Assembly: GCA_019828565.1 (NCBI GenBank)
Contig: JAHDYR010000025.1
Coordinates: forward strand, 124,001-188,000
DNA: 64,000 bases
Reading direction: 5' to 3'
Source of the DNA: Carpediemonas membranifera BICM
Taxonomy: Eukaryota; Protista; Fornicata
The notes under the pieces were generated by a model, which was given only the letters and a program-made list of their open reading frames with translations, was not told the DNA's origin and ran no database searches. The position numbers and the translations under genes were made by a program. Of this stretch, positions 31,787 through 40,852 are shown piece after piece. Each line of letters starts with the position of its first letter. The stretch's first letter is position 1.

Positions 31787-34171
31787 ATGTCGCAAGCAGA
31801 GCTTTCTAGGCAAGCTGGCAGAACAGCCAGTGGACACACTATTCCTGGGAGGGATGCTATCGTCATTTCCGGTACGTCGTATGACGTGGATGAGCTGAAA
31901 GAGAAGTTCAAGGCCTTCATTCTCCAATACCGCCCCGGAGTCACCGAGGATGATGGGGACGTGGACATGGATGAGCAAAATCCCCTTCGGGGCAAGTATG
32001 TAACGATTCTGTACGAGCTTCTCTCCTATCACGACGGCAACGGCGACCTTCCCATCGATATGCACGAGCTGCACGCCCACGACTCGAGCCTGTACGACGC
32101 CATCGTCCACTTCCCCGGAGCTGTCGTCGCCATGTTCGATGGGGCCATTGAGGAGATCGCCACGGAGCTGATCATCCCATACATTGTTGGCGAGATCAAC
32201 AGCGAAGAGGCCGACGAGGAGGCTGTCGGGCAAATGATGCAGGAGATCCTGAGCCACTGTACTTTCTCCATCCAGCCCTACAACCTCATGGACGCTGATG
32301 TCCGCACGCTCGTCGAGCTCGGGCCCAGCGACGTCGACAACCTCGTCCAGGTCCGCGGCATGGTCACGCGCACCAGGGGGCGCGAGTCTGAGGTCGGCAT
32401 AGCCAGCTTCAAGTGCTCGAACTGCTCCCGGATTGAGAGCCGCGAAATCCTCATGGGCAAGGTCGACCACCCCTCAGAGTGTCCGAACTGCAAGCAGCTC
32501 GGCACGTTCGACATTTACACGCCCGTCAGCGGGTTTATCGATAGACAGAAGATCGTGATCCAGGAGGCCCCCGATCAGATACCAGTCGGAGAGACCCCCA
32601 CCTCGGTCAACGTGCACTTGTCCGCCGCCCTCGTCAACAAGGCCCGCTCGGGCGACCGCGTCAACGTCGTCGGCATCTTCAGAGTCTCCCCAAGACGGTC
32701 GCAGAGGGGCCGTAAGGCGATCCTCTCTGAGTTCCTGACCCATCTTGACCTCGTACACCTCAGCAGGGAGGACCACCTCGACCAGGAAGCCGCCGACGGT
32801 CATTCACGCGACATGCCCCTTGCCGAGACCGAGCAAGATAGAGCAGGCATGGTGCGGAAGATCATCGACTGGGTGAAGGAGAAGGAGGGCCGGCCCGACA
32901 TGGTCTACAACGCCCTTATAGACGCCCTCGCGCCCTCCATCATCGGCCACGAGAGGGTCAAGCTCGGTCTCCTCTGCCAGATGGTCGGCGGCGTGTCAAA
33001 GCTGGTCAACGGTACCAGGTTGAGGGGCGAGATGCACGTGCTGCTCGTTGGCGACCCGGGCGTGGCCAAGTCCCAGCTGCTAAAGCAGGTCCACGACGTC
33101 TCGGCCAGAGGCGTGTTTACCTCGGGTAAGGGCTCCTCCGCTGTCGGTCTGACCGCTGCTGTCAACAAAGACCCCGAGAACGGCGAGATGATGCTCGAGG
33201 TCGGCGCCCTCGTACTCTCTGACGGCGGCATCTGCTGCATCGACGAGTTCGACAAGATGTCCGACCAGACGAGGGCCACGCTACACGAGGTCATGGAGCA
33301 GCAGTCCATCAGCATCGCCAAGGCCGGCATCGTCTCTGCCCTGCGTGCCCGCACCGCTGTACTGGCCGCAGCTAACCCGCGGACGTCTCGGTATGATCCC
33401 AAGCGGAGTGTCGTGGCGAATATCTCGCTTGGACCCACGCTTCTCTCAAGATTTGATCTGATTTACCTGATGCTGGATAATGCCGATGCCGAGACCGATC
33501 GCAACACGTGCGACAACATCCTCCGCATGCAGCTGGGAGACATGGACGTCCAGAAGGCGACCTCATTGCCTGAAGGCGTCACACTGCGCCAGTACATCTC
33601 CATTGCCCGCATCATCAAGCCCCAGCTCCGTCGTGATGCTCGCGACTACATCCAGCAGAAGTACCTCGACCAGAGGTCCGCTGGGTTCCACACGGGTGCC
33701 GTTGCGGTGCTGCCGCGTCAGCTGGAGAGTATGATCCGGATCGCTGAGGCGCTCGCCAAGCTTCGGATGTCATCGGAGGTCACCGCTGCTGACGCGGAGC
33801 AGGCATTCATCCTTGTGCAGGAAGCGCTGCTCAAGGCGGCGACGGACCCCAACACCAACCGACTGGACATGAACATGCTCGCCACGGGCATGGCGCAGTC
33901 GGACAGGCAGCGCCGGGTGACAGTCGAGGTGGCGTGCCGTAACGTGCTCAAGAACAGCCCAGTGATGATGTCGCACGTTGATCTCGTCAAGGCGGTTCTT
34001 GCTGCACTCGAGAACAACGACGAGAAGATCCCCGAGGCGCAGGCCCGAGCCCTGCTGCAGGGGTACCTCAGCGATCGGGCGCGGTTGGCGGAGCACATCT
34101 TCTTCGAGGTCGGGCCGAGGGGCGTCGGCGGGCTCTACGGACTGAAGACGAACGACTACAGGCAGTTCTAA
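31787..34171 (+). CDS. MCM4: DNA replication licensing factor MCM4
   Basis: C4 Zn finger, QEAPDQIPVGETP, GDPGVAKSQ, TSGKGSSAVGLTA, GALVLSDGGICCIDEFDKM, LHEVMEQQ, SRFDLIY, PRQLES. Confidence 0.85.
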   Translation: MSQAELSRQAGRTASGHTIPGRDAIVISGTSYDVDELKEKFKAFILQYRPGVTEDDGDVDMDEQNPLRGKYVTILYELLSYHDGNGDLPIDMHELHAHDSSLYDAIVHFPGAVVAMFDGAIEEIATELIIPYIVGEINSEEADEEAVGQMMQEILSHCTFSIQPYNLMDADVRTLVELGPSDVDNLVQVRGMVTRTRGRESEVGIASFKCSNCSRIESREILMGKVDHPSECPNCKQLGTFDIYTPVSGFIDRQKIVIQEAPDQIPVGETPTSVNVHLSAALVNKARSGDRVNVVGIFRVSPRRSQRGRKAILSEFLTHLDLVHLSREDHLDQEAADGHSRDMPLAETEQDRAGMVRKIIDWVKEKEGRPDMVYNALIDALAPSIIGHERVKLGLLCQMVGGVSKLVNGTRLRGEMHVLLVGDPGVAKSQLLKQVHDVSARGVFTSGKGSSAVGLTAAVNKDPENGEMMLEVGALVLSDGGICCIDEFDKMSDQTRATLHEVMEQQSISIAKAGIVSALRARTAVLAAANPRTSRYDPKRSVVANISLGPTLLSRFDLIYLMLDNADAETDRNTCDNILRMQLGDMDVQKATSLPEGVTLRQYISIARIIKPQLRRDARDYIQQKYLDQRSAGFHTGAVAVLPRQLESMIRIAEALAKLRMSSEVTAADAEQAFILVQEALLKAATDPNTNRLDMNMLATGMAQSDRQRRVTVEVACRNVLKNSPVMMSHVDLVKAVLAALENNDEKIPEAQARALLQGYLSDRARLAEHIFFEVGPRGVGGLYGLKTNDYRQF

Positions 34172-34399
34172 TAAAGGGCTTGGCATGCTGTCTCCGCAGG
34201 GGACTCCCATGAAGGATGTGGCATGGAGCAGCGGGTAGAGGCTCATCGCCTCATCACCGGCCTGACATGTGGCGTGCTGCTTCATATCGCAGGATAAGGC
34301 ATCTGTCGCTGTGCTATTGAAGGGTCAAACAATGTGTTTATACTGCGCAACACTGCCCTGTCTCCCTCCTACTCACGTCTTAAGTCGGTAGGGAGATCG

Positions 34400-35854
34400 T
34401 CTTCTCCAGGGCTTCCACAAAGCGTCTTCTTCGTGGACGTCTTCTTCCAGCAGGAGTTGGCCGGCGTTCACGCCATCCTCGGCAGGGTCAACCCTGTGAT
34501 CCTCGCGTGTCTCCCCTTGCTGTTCTGGGCGGCTCACATGGGTGAGAACGACGGGCTCCCAGTCTCCCAGGCTGCCCCACGCATTCTCTCTTGCGTCTGG
34601 GCAATTGCAGACGGAGTGGAGAAGTTGAGTGGCCTCATCAGCCACTTCAACGGGGAGTACTCGATGTCGCTCCGCCAGCCTCGCCTCGTGCCGATCGTGC
34701 CCATGGCCCCCGTCCGACCGGGCTTCATGGCCCGTGATCGTGAAACGATGGGCCTACTGAACGAGAACTTCTGTCATCGTGGGAATTAATCCCACACTCC
34801 CGCACGCCTCCAAAAAAGACGCTACCGGGACAACCCCAGGTCAATGGGCCGTCTGCTCAGCCTGAGCACCGATGGGGTCTGTGTGGCAGTGACGGTTAAG
34901 CGAGGCGGCCACTATCGGCCACAACATGATGCGAGCATGCCTGTTCGAAAGCGAGCGAGAGGGCGGGAGAAAGAGCGCCCTCGACTCGGGACCAATAATG
35001 CCGATGCTCCGCCCGCGCCGGATCCTGATGCCCACCTCATGGGGTTCGACCCGGGCGCGAGGTCCATCGGATGGTATTACATCAAGCACCCCGATGGCAC
35101 CAGCTCCGGCGTCCTCCCAAAGTGCGGATACACTAAGACGCCAAGTTTCGGCTTTGATATGACGGCCGCGTCGTTCAAGAGCACAAGACTAGTGAGTATC
35201 AACAACTCTATTAGGTTTGTGCTGGACAACGCGAACGACATTTTCGAGGCTGGAATGCGTAAGTCTTTCCGCCGAGTGCGCTTTGCGAACCACATCCTTC
35301 GCCAGAAGCACTTCGCCCGCTGCGGCCAACAGTTGGCTCGGGAGTTCGGTTGGCTTCGCCACCATCCCATCGCCACCCCCATTCGCCTGAAAGTCTTCTA
35401 CGGGAGCTCGGGATTCACCACGCCTGCTGGTATGTTCATTCCTTGCGCGCCATATCGAAAGTTCGCGAGAGAGATAGTACCCCTTCTCAAGGGGTATAAC
35501 ATTGTCGTCGTTCTTAACATGGTTAACGAGGACCGCACCACCGTCGTCTGCCCTCACTGCCACGCCCCCTACAAGCGAGTTCGTCCGCGTGATGACCAGC
35601 ACGTTCACCCACATCGTGTGATGCTCTGCGAAAAACCACAGTGCCGTGGTGCTCAGTGGCGCGCAACAGTTCCTGATGCTCTGAATGTTGATCATCGGGA
35701 CAAGAGTGCTGCAGAGAACATCCTGTGGCGTTCTCTTGCCACGGAAGATGAGCTCAGTGGCTCTCCGTTCAGTTGCACATTGATCCCGCGCCTTCCAACA
35801 TCATTCCAGTATCATCAATTGGCTAACCGCCAACATTCGTCTACGGACGGATGA
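34400..35854 (+). pseudogene. Fanzor1-like RuvC nuclease, lacking roughly the N-terminal 200 aa, with in-frame TAA at 34787
   Basis: PRLVPIVPMAPVRPGF, SLSTDGVCV, LMGFDPG, VNEDRTT, CPHC...CEKPQC, HRDKSAAENI. Confidence 0.85.
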
Positions 35855-35909
35855 GGTTGTACAGTTTGGCACTTTGATCGTTCCTTTCAGGCCCTGTCTT
35901 GGAGGTTCG
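35790..35909 (+). ncRNA. Putative omega-RNA scaffold of E3
   Basis: UUGGC-UAACC-GCCAA (35819-35833) and CAUUCGUC-UACG-GACGGAUG (35834-35853) hairpins matching E2 with a compensatory change. Confidence 0.6.
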
Positions 35910-35920
35910 AACAATGTGTT

Positions 35921-35930
35921 TATACTGCAC
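35921..35930 (+). promoter_or_regulatory. Instance of recurrent start-proximal motif WAWMCTGCR (inside E3 direct repeat)
   Basis: tatactgcac 34 nt before ATG 35955; similar motifs lie within about 50 nt of 12 or more other start codons in the window. Confidence 0.5.
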
Positions 35931-35954
35931 AACAGTCGCCATAATTTTCGGGAA

Positions 35955-38624
35955 ATGCAGCCCATCGGCGAGGAAGAAGACAAAGGGGGCAATGCAGTTC
36001 TACTCTTACATCTTGGCTCGGTCTCGTTACGCTATGAACACACCCACAAAGACCAGTCCTGGCGAGAACACGACGTAATAGCTCAGATACACATAATGGA
36101 CAACAGCACGAAGCGCCATATTCTGAAGTCCGATGCAAATAGGGATGCTGTAACCTGTGGTGAGACGACGAACACTGTACGCGGCTACTCGACGCTCTTC
36201 ACCGGGCCCCTGCCCTTCGTCCAGCCCGTGCTCACCGGTGTCCGGCAGTGGGGGTCCAGCATCTTCTCCTCGGACCCACTGGACTTCAATGAGAGCATCC
36301 TGATTAACGACACGGTGGCAAATCTGGTCAGACCCGGGGTGACTATCATCATCGAGCTGCTCGAGCTGAGGACGAAGACTACGCCCCCACTATACCCCAT
36401 AGCATGGGCATACATCAAGATAGAGACCCTATCGGATGCCAGGGCCGCTCTCAAGGGCGAGCCTCTCGAGCTCCAGCTGCACAGACCGCCCGGGATCACT
36501 GAGGTCGGCAACCCGGCGCCGGGGCTCGGCACCAAGGTCCTGCTCGGGGCGTGGGGCTTCATGACAGCCCCAGCGGTGCCCCCGATTGCTCCAGTGATAG
36601 AGTCGCACGCCCCCGAGCTGATCTCGAAGCAGCCCGAGCGCGTCGACATGGCTGTGACGAGAATGATGAACGACGTCGGCGGGAACCACCACTTCCCGCG
36701 GTCCAGCCCCATCCGGGGGTGCTACATCACTGTGACGCTCAAGGGCACCACGCCGCCCGCCCCCCGCGTGGTGTACGTCCGCCCGATCCTGCCGACCGAC
36801 CAGGAGCAGCCGGAGCCAATCATGACGGCCCGGGCACGCGCAAGGAGGCAGTCGTTCAGCCAGGAGGCCGTGGAGGTGAAGGAGCCCAAGCCGAAGACCT
36901 CGCATGAGCGGCGGGTCGACCTCGTCGGGGCACTGGGTCACGCCCTCGAGAAGGTCGTCGTTGACCGTAGCATGACGCAGTGCAACTGCCTCCCGCTGGA
37001 CACGCGGCCCTTCAGCATCGGCTACGATGCCCGCTGCGGCGTGTGGTCGCCCAGTGGCCTCTTCTTCGCCCTCGCCCTCGCCAAGCAGGGGTCTGCGGAC
37101 CAGCATGTCATCCGCGTCTTCCTAGTAGACTCCACCGACCCTGAGGAGGTCAAGCTCTCGCCGTACGCCGAGTTCGGGACGCACGTCGGGCTGATACACG
37201 GCCTGGCCTTCAGTGCGGACTCCACCTTTATCGCCAGCGCCGGGGCCGACGGCCGTGCCCAAGTATGGCATCTGGCCGGGCTACACGACCCGGCGCCCGG
37301 TCGCCAGCTGACGGTGGATCGCGTGCACGAGTTCCAAAGCACCGTCGGTCTGAGAGCCTCGGTCGACGCCCTGCCGGACTTCAGGTACGCCGTCGACTTC
37401 GTCCCCGGCATGGACAAGATCCTCGTCCACGGCGGGTCGAGCGGAATCATCGCTGTTGGCCGTGTGACCCGTGCGCGGACAGGTCTGATCCCGCTCGGGT
37501 CGTACCAGTGTGCAAGCGGTGTCGCGTGTCTCAAGGTGGTCCCTACCGACCAGCCGGAGATATTCGCGGTCTTTATCGGCATGCTGGGTGATTGCATGAC
37601 GATCCTCAAGATGAGTATGCTCGAGACCGGCATCGAGTTCAGCATCGCGTCTCGACTAACAATCGTCAGCGATGTGCTTGCCTTCGAGTTCCCTACCTCG
37701 CCCAGCGTCACTGTGACGGATGCCGGCTTCCACTTTATGGGGGCTGTCATTGTTCGAACAAGGAATGACGAGATCAAGATGGTCGACCTCGAGCAGCGCC
37801 AGGTTAACAGGCCGGCCTTCAACCCTGTGCTGAAGACGAACGTCATCGAGGGCGGGCACGTTGCCTCACGCATGGCGGTCTCCGGCGACGCCCTCTGGGC
37901 CGGATCGATCCGAGGTCGTCTCTTCGTGTTCGACCTTGCCCAGAAGACGCGGCTCAGCCCGGTCAGAATCCTGGATCTCTCCCCGTCATCGAGGGTCAGC
38001 TTCGTCGCGTCCCACCCGACGCTGCCGCTGATGATCGTGGGGGCACACACAGTCGAGGCGAGCATCACACCGCAGCCGACAGAGGAACAGAAGCGGGTCT
38101 GGAACTCGTGGGAGAGCGACGCACCACCGATGACGGTGTCGGTGTTCAACGATCTGTGCCTCGTCAAGATCGGCGACATGGCAGCAGTCGACCCGAACCT
38201 CGCCAGTACGGCAGCCGCGGCTTTCATGGAGGGAAGGACCCGCAGACGCCGCAGACGGCATGCTGACCGCCTTGAGAGCATAGGCGCGACGCCCGCCCTG
38301 AGCGCCTCCATTCCTGTGCCCCCCACTATGGAGAGGACCGCGCCACTCGGTGATACGATGCGAGCCGAAGACCCGCAGCCTGAAGATCAGAAGCCTGAAG
38401 CTCCGCAGCCCGCGGTCGACCTGGACGCATCCGACGAGGAGCCTCTCGACGCGGGCGTCAAGAAGTCGCCGGCCCTCGCCCCCATCGGAGACCTGGGCGT
38501 GCTGTCTCTCCGGCAACTGGCGCCGTTGGGCCAGACACCCGCCCGAGGGGGTGGCATGTACCTGCCTGGGCTGAGCACGCCGGCCCCAGTGATGCTGGGC
38601 ACTATCAAGGAGGACAAGGGCTGA
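35955..38624 (+). CDS. C2-domain plus WD40 protein, jouberin/AHI1-like (ciliary transition zone)
   Basis: FNESILIND...IIIELLE...IAWAYIK...LQLH (AHI1-type C2 domain) followed by WD40 repeats (HVGLIHGLAFS...IASAGADGRAQVW). Confidence 0.65.
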   Translation: MQPIGEEEDKGGNAVLLLHLGSVSLRYEHTHKDQSWREHDVIAQIHIMDNSTKRHILKSDANRDAVTCGETTNTVRGYSTLFTGPLPFVQPVLTGVRQWGSSIFSSDPLDFNESILINDTVANLVRPGVTIIIELLELRTKTTPPLYPIAWAYIKIETLSDARAALKGEPLELQLHRPPGITEVGNPAPGLGTKVLLGAWGFMTAPAVPPIAPVIESHAPELISKQPERVDMAVTRMMNDVGGNHHFPRSSPIRGCYITVTLKGTTPPAPRVVYVRPILPTDQEQPEPIMTARARARRQSFSQEAVEVKEPKPKTSHERRVDLVGALGHALEKVVVDRSMTQCNCLPLDTRPFSIGYDARCGVWSPSGLFFALALAKQGSADQHVIRVFLVDSTDPEEVKLSPYAEFGTHVGLIHGLAFSADSTFIASAGADGRAQVWHLAGLHDPAPGRQLTVDRVHEFQSTVGLRASVDALPDFRYAVDFVPGMDKILVHGGSSGIIAVGRVTRARTGLIPLGSYQCASGVACLKVVPTDQPEIFAVFIGMLGDCMTILKMSMLETGIEFSIASRLTIVSDVLAFEFPTSPSVTVTDAGFHFMGAVIVRTRNDEIKMVDLEQRQVNRPAFNPVLKTNVIEGGHVASRMAVSGDALWAGSIRGRLFVFDLAQKTRLSPVRILDLSPSSRVSFVASHPTLPLMIVGAHTVEASITPQPTEEQKRVWNSWESDAPPMTVSVFNDLCLVKIGDMAAVDPNLASTAAAAFMEGRTRRRRRRHADRLESIGATPALSASIPVPPTMERTAPLGDTMRAEDPQPEDQKPEAPQPAVDLDASDEEPLDAGVKKSPALAPIGDLGVLSLRQLAPLGQTPARGGGMYLPGLSTPAPVMLGTIKEDKG

Positions 38625-38705
38625 GCTGTGGCTGTTGATGGTTATATATGAGAATGCGAGTCAACTGAGCCTAAATTATCGATAGATTTAATCTTCATTC
38701 GTGAG

Positions 38706-39494
38706 CTAATCAACAGAGGGCTCCGTCGGCTTGGCCTCCGTCTTCGTCCCGAGCAGAGAGGCCAGCTGGGCCCCGAGAGAGTCCCCCAGCTTCGTCGCCC
38801 TCGTCTCGAGCACCCCTGACCCCACCCTGCCCGCCCCGCTGACGGCCGACCAGAGTGCGCTGTCGGGCGCCGTGATCTGGCTGGTGACCTCGCGCGTGGC
38901 CATGTCGAACGTCTTCCAGCTCAGGCTGTTGGGATTGGCCACTTGCTCGGGGGCCTCCTTAACCGCGGCCTCCACGGCGGCGACGCTTGATGTGGCAAGG
39001 ACCCTCGTTGCTGTGCGGAAGACGGAGTTCTTGCGGCAGAGCTGCGTCCACATGATCGAGTCCGGGTCCGAGATCTGGGCCGACAGCACGCGTCCTGACG
39101 TCGTCCCCGTCCTTCTCAGTGGTGAGTCTGAATCGGTCAACTGGTCGACCAGATGGGGCACCGCGCAGCGTGCACCGGTCTGCAGCACCTTCATGCGGGC
39201 CTTGGGGGTCAGGGACTTCGTTACGGCGTGGAATACGTGGCCTACACGATCCGCCTGGCCGTCGGCGTCTTCAAGCCCAAGGAAGATAGCTTCTGATGTC
39301 GCCATCTGAAGCTCCCTGCGTGTCTGCGGATCAAGACTCTTCACTGTGTCGTTGGCAACGCGTCTAAATGTTCCCATGAATGTTTGCCTGCCTTTGCTGC
39401 CAGTGGCCGTGGTCTTCTGCGACGATGGCTGCTTAGCATTGCCTGGTGTTGATGCAGCACTTCTTGAGGCTTCCATTTGTTGAGTTTTAGCCAT
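38706..39494 (-). CDS. Hypothetical protein with internal helical repeats (QI.DPDS.LW-like)
   Basis: 262-aa ORF, host codon bias; QLTDSDSPLR, QISDPDSIMW, QVANPNSLSW, QITAPDSALW. Confidence 0.6.
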   Translation of the reverse strand: MAKTQQMEASRSAASTPGNAKQPSSQKTTATGSKGRQTFMGTFRRVANDTVKSLDPQTRRELQMATSEAIFLGLEDADGQADRVGHVFHAVTKSLTPKARMKVLQTGARCAVPHLVDQLTDSDSPLRRTGTTSGRVLSAQISDPDSIMWTQLCRKNSVFRTATRVLATSSVAAVEAAVKEAPEQVANPNSLSWKTFDMATREVTSQITAPDSALWSAVSGAGRVGSGVLETRATKLGDSLGAQLASLLGTKTEAKPTEPSVD

Positions 39495-39623
39495 CCTTTA
39501 GGACTTTTGGTTCTCGTCAGGCAATTCACCCTGCATTCGCAGGTTCCGGCGGTCGACAGACTTTGCGGAGTCGCCCCCACCGGCATCGCACACAATACAC
39601 ATACCGTGTGTACATTTAGACTA

Positions 39624-40706
39624 TTACAAAGCACTCCCCTGTCCCATCTGGACGAAGTCGACGCTCAGCGACCTATCGAGCGTCCGCGACATACGGCGGG
39701 GGACGGCGGGGGGTGCCCGCTCGGGGATGGAGTCGCGGGGGCCTGGTGGGGCACCCCAGATCTGTGCACGGTGCAGCTTGAGCTCGTTCTTGAGACCCTC
39801 GATCTCTGCTGTCATATCAAAGATTGTCTGCGACATCTTCTGGACCGCTGCCTCTAGCTGTGAGATACGCTTCGTGTCGTCGTTCTCCTGAGGTAGCTCT
39901 AGCAGGGGCCCGATGGACACCGAGGGCGGGAAGTGCTGGAGCGGTGTCCTCGTCCGAATCGTGTGAGTCTCGGCAGCCACGCGGCCCTCAGCAATGGAGA
40001 CGTGCAGCACGATGGCGCCAGACACCGGCACGCCCGCGGTGTGCAGGGCAGTCAGGTAGAGGAGCGACTGGGCGAGGGCGCAGCGGGGCTGGTCGCTGAT
40101 TTTCCACTTGCCCTGCGACGCGTGTGTCTTGAGCTCTAGGATGCACAACCGGCCCTTGGAGTCCTTGAGAAGGGCGTCGGCCTGGCCTCGGATGGGGACG
40201 GGAGCACCGCCGCGGCTGAGCGAGAAGGCCATCGGGAACTCGACAGCGACTGGACGCAGGCCGGACTTGACCAGCCACGCCTCGATGCGGTCGAACAGGA
40301 TGGTGGCAAGTGGGTCGCGGTCGTTGGACTCCTCGCGGAACTGGGGGTTCTGCAGCTTGATGGGGGAGAGGTGTTCCGAGTGCGTCAGCCGCTCAGACAT
40401 GACGCGGTGGAGTGTGTTTCCGGTGACGATGGGGTTGGAGAGGTCGATCTCGGTGCGTGGCTGCTCGATGTTAAACAATGTCTCGAAATGTGTGTCGCTA
40501 GAGAATGGAGTGAAGTAGTTGGCGTTGCCAGCGATAGTGGTAGCACGCTGGAATAGAGCGCCATATTCAGGTTGGCCGTGGAAGCGCCAGTCCTCAAGCT
40601 TAATGTATTTCTGGCTTTCCTGGAGGGTTCTAAGGACGTCCTGCTTCAGAGGACGATGCTTGGCACCGATGGATGTGGCATACGCCAGACTACGAAGGAA
40701 TTCCAT
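39624..40706 (-). CDS. PD-(D/E)XK nuclease-superfamily protein (RecB/Cas4-like core)
   Basis: GNTLH, VAVEFP, IRGQADAL, ILELKT and Q..LY motifs; C-terminal coiled coil. Confidence 0.7.
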   Translation of the reverse strand: MEFLRSLAYATSIGAKHRPLKQDVLRTLQESQKYIKLEDWRFHGQPEYGALFQRATTIAGNANYFTPFSSDTHFETLFNIEQPRTEIDLSNPIVTGNTLHRVMSERLTHSEHLSPIKLQNPQFREESNDRDPLATILFDRIEAWLVKSGLRPVAVEFPMAFSLSRGGAPVPIRGQADALLKDSKGRLCILELKTHASQGKWKISDQPRCALAQSLLYLTALHTAGVPVSGAIVLHVSIAEGRVAAETHTIRTRTPLQHFPPSVSIGPLLELPQENDDTKRISQLEAAVQKMSQTIFDMTAEIEGLKNELKLHRAQIWGAPPGPRDSIPERAPPAVPRRMSRTLDRSLSVDFVQMGQGSAL

Positions 40707-40852
40707 CAGATTTCGGCTTGACGATGTTCAATCAGGTTTGATGTCGGTTATCCTGCGTTCTCGTTACACGTGACCCGCACGCGACATTTGAGCCCCCAAA
40801 CCCCTCTGGTTGGTCTATCCCCACGCCAGTGGCTCTAACTTTTTACAAACAC

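Larger units (their letters stand above)
34328..35934 (+). mobile_element. Fanzor-type element E3 (about 1.56 kb interior 34353-35909, N-terminally deleted) flanked by 25-bp direct repeats
   Basis: aacaatgtgtttatactgc(g/a)caaca at 34328-34352 and 35910-35934 (24/25; looser similarity extends about 9 bp further 5'). Confidence 0.82.

Noticed and set aside
34787-34789. TAA read-through or alternative genetic code
   Set aside because: Host genes here terminate normally with TAA, TAG and TGA; a single instance in a decayed element.
35874-35954. TTG start of the 916-aa ORF
   Set aside because: It lies in the E3 tail and direct repeat; ATG 35955 is the plausible start.
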